64,000 nt of DNA from Rubripirellula sp. (lineage in GTDB: Bacteria > Planctomycetota > Planctomycetia > Pirellulales > Pirellulaceae). Position numbers and translations under genes: made by a program. The notes beneath the pieces were generated by a model. That model did no database searches. It saw only the letters and a list, made by a program, of their open reading frames with translations, and was not told the DNA's origin. The stretch spans positions 5,664,001 to 5,728,000 of the forward strand of contig OZ244207.1 of assembly GCA_965216875.1 (NCBI GenBank). Reading direction: 5' to 3'. Shown here in pieces: positions 60,007 to 64,000 of the stretch (position 1 is its first letter; each line of letters opens with the position of its first letter).

Positions 60007-60008
60007 GC

Positions 60009-60734
60009 CTACCCCAAGCGTTTGGGCACGGGGAACTCGAGCACGAACTTCGTCCCCACTCTCAGCTCGCTTTGGACGCTGATGCGGCCACCGTGAGCTT
60101 CGATGATCTTGCGAGCGGTGGGCAATCCGAGCCCTGAGCCGCCTTCTTTGGTGCTGTAGAACGGTTCGAACATGTGCAGCACGGTGTTGTCGTCAACACC
60201 GCTGCCCGTGTCGATTAACTCGAGCGCCACTCCGGTCCGCGTCGAATACGTTCGCACCGAAAGGCGATCGTCACGCTCCATCGCTTCGAGCGCGTTTTTG
60301 ACCAAGTTCATCAGTGCCGCTTGCAGCGAATCGCTGTGCAACAAAATCGCGGGTAGGTCGGGGTCGAGCAGCCGAACGATGTCGATCCCGTCGGCGTCAG
60401 CCTGAGCCTGGTAGGCCCGAAGCACGATCTCAATCTGGTCGTTCAGATTTCCAGGCAACAAATCGATATCGCGCAAACGCGCGTAACGCAGGAAATCCCT
60501 CAGCAGGGCCTCCATCCGCTCGCACTGCCCGCGCACGATATCAACACGCTCTTGTGACCGCCGGCTGATCGGCGAATCGATCTCGCCCAGATCCTCGCTT
60601 AGCAGGTCGATGTTCATGTGAATCACCGACAGCGGGTTTTTGATCTCGTGAGCAAGCGAGCCCGCAAGTTCCGCCAGCTCCTCGTACTGCGCACGAATCG
60701 GATCGATATCGGCAGATGATTCGGAGGGAGACAT
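60009..60734 (-). CDS. Minimal cytoplasmic histidine kinase (HisKA plus HATPase)
   Basis: LAHEIKNPL, NLVKNA, DTGSG, FEPFYSTK, GSGLGL. Confidence 0.92.
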   Translation of the reverse strand: MSPSESSADIDPIRAQYEELAELAGSLAHEIKNPLSVIHMNIDLLSEDLGEIDSPISRRSQERVDIVRGQCERMEALLRDFLRYARLRDIDLLPGNLNDQIEIVLRAYQAQADADGIDIVRLLDPDLPAILLHSDSLQAALMNLVKNALEAMERDDRLSVRTYSTRTGVALELIDTGSGVDDNTVLHMFEPFYSTKEGGSGLGLPTARKIIEAHGGRISVQSELRVGTKFVLEFPVPKRLG

Positions 60735-61107
60735 GGGCAGACAATCTTTCGGGGTACCGATCACCGACGACAAACAGCAGCGGTGGGGTGGGTTGGACCA
60801 ATCGCCCGCGACAAGCAGTGGGGCTCGATCCGCCGGTGCGACCACCTAGAATTGTAGCGTCGGCGTGGGAAACCGAAATGACATGGGCGCACCCGCCCCA
60901 ACGCCGGCACGGCTGGCTAACACGGCTGGCTGGAGCCGCGACGAGCCGGCGATGGGCCGACCGCCGGGCGCGTGCCGATTTGCGGGTCTGGCGGCCACCA
61001 ACGGGACTCAAGCCCTTGCCGAGTGAACCATCGGCAAACTACCCTTCTCTGTCCAGAAAGAAACCTTCGACCGCATCCCTCGAACCCCAGCCGACGGGCC
61101 ATCCGAT

Positions 61108-62367
61108 ATGTCGACCGCGACGAACGAAAACGATACCGCCGATCCTTATTTCCAAACCCTTTTTGCCGAGCGAATCGGCGGGGCGAACTACGGCAAAGAC
61201 ACCGAGATCTATAAGTTCGCCAAGATCAAGCAGGCCAAGCGAAACGCGCTCGAGTCGCACCCCGACCGCAAGCTGCTTGACTTCGGGATTGGCGAAAACG
61301 ACGACATGGCCGACCCCGCGGTCCGCGACGTGATGGCCCAGGAGGTCAATAAGACCGAAAACCGTGGCTATGCCGACAACGGCGTGATCGAGTTCAAAGA
61401 GGCCGCCGCTCGCTACATGCAACGCAATTTTGGCGTCGCACTCGATCCGGCAACGGAAATCAACCATTGCATCGGCAGCAAGCCAGCCTACGCGATGTTG
61501 CCCGCCTGTTTCATCAATCCCGGCGACGTCACGCTGATGACCGTCCCGGGCTATCCGGTCGCGGGAACGCACACCCGTTACTACGGCGGCGAAGTCTTCA
61601 AACTGCCGCTGCTTCCCGAGAACGACTTCCTGCCCGATCTCGATTCGGTTCCCGACGACATCTACCGCCGCACCAAGCTGTTGGTGTTGAACTACCCGAA
61701 CTCGCCCACCGGCCGCACGGTCGCACCCGAGTTCTACGAAAAGGTTGTCGCGCTGGCCAAGGAAAAGGAATTTGTCGTCGTCCAAGATGCCGCGCACATC
61801 ATGTTGACCTTCGACGGAAAACCACGCAGCTTCCTGGAAACCCCCGGTGCGAAAGACGTCGGTGTCGAAGTCCACTCGATGAGTAAGGGCTACGACATGA
61901 TCGGTTGGCGAATGGGATTCGTTTGCGGTCACCCCCGAATCGTCTCGGCCTTCTCGGACGTCAAGGACAACAGCGACAGCGGCCAATTCATCGCCATCCA
62001 AAAGGCATCGGCTGCGGCTCTTGACGATGAGTCGATTCCCGAGCGAATCAACACCAAGTATCGTCGTCGCCTCGAAAAGCTCGTCACGGCGCTGCGTGAA
62101 TGCGGTTTCGATTGCGAAATGCCAGGCGGAACGTATTTCCTGTACACCAAGTCGCCAACCGGCACCAAATCAGGCGAGACCTTTGCTGCCGCCGAGGATG
62201 CAACGCGTCACTTGATCGAACAATTCGGCATTGTCACTGTGCCTTGGGACGACGCCGGATCGTACCTCCGATTCAGCGTCACCTATGTGGCCGATACCGA
62301 AGCCGAAGAAGACGCTTTGATGGAAGAGACCAAGAAGCGTCTCGGAGATGCCGGCCTGGTTTGGTAG
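61108..62367 (+). CDS. dapL: LL-diaminopimelate aminotransferase-like class I PLP aminotransferase
   Basis: YKFAKIK, DFGIGE, IGSK, PGYPV, LNYPNSPTG, HSMSKGYDMIGWRMGF. Confidence 0.8.
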   Translation: MSTATNENDTADPYFQTLFAERIGGANYGKDTEIYKFAKIKQAKRNALESHPDRKLLDFGIGENDDMADPAVRDVMAQEVNKTENRGYADNGVIEFKEAAARYMQRNFGVALDPATEINHCIGSKPAYAMLPACFINPGDVTLMTVPGYPVAGTHTRYYGGEVFKLPLLPENDFLPDLDSVPDDIYRRTKLLVLNYPNSPTGRTVAPEFYEKVVALAKEKEFVVVQDAAHIMLTFDGKPRSFLETPGAKDVGVEVHSMSKGYDMIGWRMGFVCGHPRIVSAFSDVKDNSDSGQFIAIQKASAAALDDESIPERINTKYRRRLEKLVTALRECGFDCEMPGGTYFLYTKSPTGTKSGETFAAAEDATRHLIEQFGIVTVPWDDAGSYLRFSVTYVADTEAEEDALMEETKKRLGDAGLVW

Positions 62368-62394
62368 CTCCGAAGAACTGAACTGCCTCTTACG

Positions 62395-62418
62395 AACCCT
62401 CCCGCTTGCGGGAGGGTT
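62395..62418. repeat. Palindrome AACCCTCCCGCTTGCGGGAGGGTT
   Basis: 11-bp perfect stem downstream of dapL. Confidence 0.7.
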
Positions 62419-62465
62419 GGACGCAAAGTTCGTGGAGGGAACGAACAGCGACTCACTCGGCCGCT

Positions 62466-62541
62466 GTAGCCACGCTCGCCAGAGCGTTGGGCAATCGACA
62501 GCGCCCCGTCGACAGAACCACCTTCTGGCGAAGGCAGCTAC
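62466..62541. repeat. GTAG REP doublet (REPIN-like)
   Basis: GTAGCCACGCTCGCCAGAGCGTTGG ... CCACCTTCTGGCGAAGGCAGCTAC inverted pair. Confidence 0.75.
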
Positions 62542-62562
62542 GAAGCCAGTTCAGCGCATAAC

Positions 62563-62602
62563 AAAAAAGCGAGCGGATCATTTTCCGCTCGCTTTCTTTT
62601 TT
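62563..62602. terminator. Bidirectional intrinsic terminator between dapL and rpsT
   Basis: aaaaaagcgagcgga-tcattt-tccgctcgctttctttttt. Confidence 0.88.
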
Positions 62603-62656
62603 GATCGTGGTTGAATCGCCCCGCTCAGCGGCGATCCGTTTGGTTCGTGTCAACGA

Positions 62657-62923
62657 CTAGCTTGCAGCTGACTTGACCAACTTGTTCAGACGGCTCTTGG
62701 TGCGTGCAGCAGCGTTCTTGTGGATCAAGTTCTTGCTTGCGGCACGATCGAGTCGCTTGGTTGCCAAGCGGAATTCCGATTGAGCCTTTTCCGAATCGCC
62801 AGCCTTCACGGCTTCGCGGACGCGGCGAATCTGAGTTCGCATTTGGCTCTTGAGCGCGCGGTTGTGTTGGCGGCGCTTGTCGTTTTGGCGGAGTCGCTTT
62901 TTGGCACTTGCTGTGTTAGGCAT
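62657..62923 (-). CDS. rpsT: 30S ribosomal protein S20
   Basis: MPNTASAKKRLRQ...LDRAASKNLIHKNAAARTKSRL. Confidence 0.98.
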   Translation of the reverse strand: MPNTASAKKRLRQNDKRRQHNRALKSQMRTQIRRVREAVKAGDSEKAQSEFRLATKRLDRAASKNLIHKNAAARTKSRLNKLVKSAAS

Positions 62924-63072
62924 ACTTCGTCGGGACGCCTACGGGCGTCAAAAGATGGATTTGAGTGTTTTGAGTTCTATTCTGATCGGGCTTCCGGCCC
63001 AACATGCATTCATTCGGCCCCACGTGCATTCCGGGCCGCCCCGTAGGTTTCTTCGGCCTTACCGGGCCGCGT

Positions 63073-63101
63073 AGTATGGCAATCTGTTCGTCCGCTGTCC
63101 A
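63073..63101 (-). promoter_or_regulatory. Candidate sigma70 promoter of rpsT
   Basis: TGGACA-17 bp-CATACT on the minus strand, about 150 nt upstream of the start. Confidence 0.45.
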
Positions 63102-63133
63102 GAGTCACCCTTGAAAGCGCAAAATGTCTTTCA

Positions 63134-64000
63134 ATGAATGACTCAAACAACCCCGGAATGGCTTACCTGATCGGCGCAGGCCCCGGCGCGCCAGGACTCC
63201 TGACGCTGCGCGGAGCCGAGCTGCTCGGCAAGGCCGACGTCGTCCTGTACGACGGACTCAGCAACGCCCAATTGCTCGCTCACGCCCCCCAAGCAGAACC
63301 GATTTGCGTGGGAAAACACGGGCAATCTCGCATTTGGACCCAGGACGAAATCACAGCGGAGATGATCCGCCACGCCAAGGCAGGAAAGGTGGTGGCCCGC
63401 CTGAAAGGGGGAGATCCCGCCGTTTTCGCCCGCACGGCCGAGGAGGCCGAGGCGCTCAAGGAGGCGGGGATTTCTTTCGAGATTGTTCCGGGGATCACCG
63501 CCGCCCTGGCCGCCGGATCGTACGCTGGAATCCCGGTCACCCACCGAAAACTTGCCTCCGCGGTCGCCCTGGTCACCGGTCACGAGGAACCGGGCAAGGC
63601 GGAATCGGCCCTCGACTGGGACGCACTGGCCCGATTTCCGGGCACGCTGGTCATCTACATGGGCGTCACCACCGCAGGCACCTGGACCAAGGCCCTGCTC
63701 GATGCGGGCAAGGCTCCCGAAACGCCTGCCGCTCTGATTCGCCGCTGCAGTCACCATGACCAACAGACGTTGCATTGTCGGCTCGACGAAGTCGCCGAGC
63801 GGCTCACTCCAGCAAGTAAGTTTCGACCGCCAGTGATCGTGATCCTTGGCGAAGTCACCAGCGTCGCTGAAACGATGCGATGGCTCGACCTGCGTCCGCT
63901 TCACGGTCAAACCGTACTGGTCACCCGTCCGGCATCCCAAGCCGAAGCCTTGGCGGCACCTCTTCGCGAAGCCGGTGCAAATGTGCTGGTTCAACCGGCA
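63134..64000 (+). CDS. cobA: Uroporphyrinogen-III C-methyltransferase/synthase fusion (CobA-HemD), 3'-truncated; absent from the ORF track
   Basis: Translated by hand: MNDSNNPGMAYLIGAGPGAPGLLTLRG...ADVVLYD...RLKGGDP...VPGITAA...GIPVTHR...VIYMG, then the HemD start LHGQTVLVTRP. Confidence 0.92.
   Translation, partial: MNDSNNPGMAYLIGAGPGAPGLLTLRGAELLGKADVVLYDGLSNAQLLAHAPQAEPICVGKHGQSRIWTQDEITAEMIRHAKAGKVVARLKGGDPAVFARTAEEAEALKEAGISFEIVPGITAALAAGSYAGIPVTHRKLASAVALVTGHEEPGKAESALDWDALARFPGTLVIYMGVTTAGTWTKALLDAGKAPETPAALIRRCSHHDQQTLHCRLDEVAERLTPASKFRPPVIVILGEVTSVAETMRWLDLRPLHGQTVLVTRPASQAEALAAPLREAGANVLVQPA

Noticed and set aside
63143..63994. 283-aa minus-strand ORF
   Set aside because: Antisense shadow of the plus-strand cobA-hemD gene

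Overview
Chromosomal window from a planctomycete, most likely Pirellulaceae (Rhodopirellula/Rubripirellula/Stieleria-like). The assignment rests on a LESRQLLA planctomycete export motif, tandem PQQ-like beta-propellers and typical intergenic palindromes. It holds about 47 CDSs and no rRNA, tRNA, CRISPR array, prophage or transposase. Housekeeping genes are lpxB, dnaE2, trkH, hemB, ugd, glgA, a GalT-like gene, GH57, dapL, rpsT and a partial cobA-hemD fusion that the ORF track missed. The best candidate for an undescribed system is a divergent locus at 36.5-44.1 kb encoding an OPX/Wza-like exporter, a TPR scaffold, a HlyD/MFP protein, a PilZ plus multi-zinc-ribbon (TackOD1-like) fusion and a processive GT2 synthase. 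It reads as a c-di-GMP-controlled exopolysaccharide machine with the Alg44 domains split over two genes, and PilZ, HD-GYP, epimerase and ugd genes lie 2-6 kb downstream. Other notable items: (i) a fabZ-ACP-fabZ'-fabF cassette whose ACP resembles rhizobial AcpXL; (ii) a secreted protein of about 22% Cys built from EPACGCE repeats; (iii) a secreted protein with a hairpin coiled coil between two lectin-like domains; (iv) a CTAG-flanked MITE-like element carrying a REP-like doublet; (v) several GTAG-type REP families, one close to the E. coli REP; (vi) several apparent pseudo-enzymes (protease, receiver, kinase, dehydratase). All family assignments come from motif recognition by eye, with no database search.
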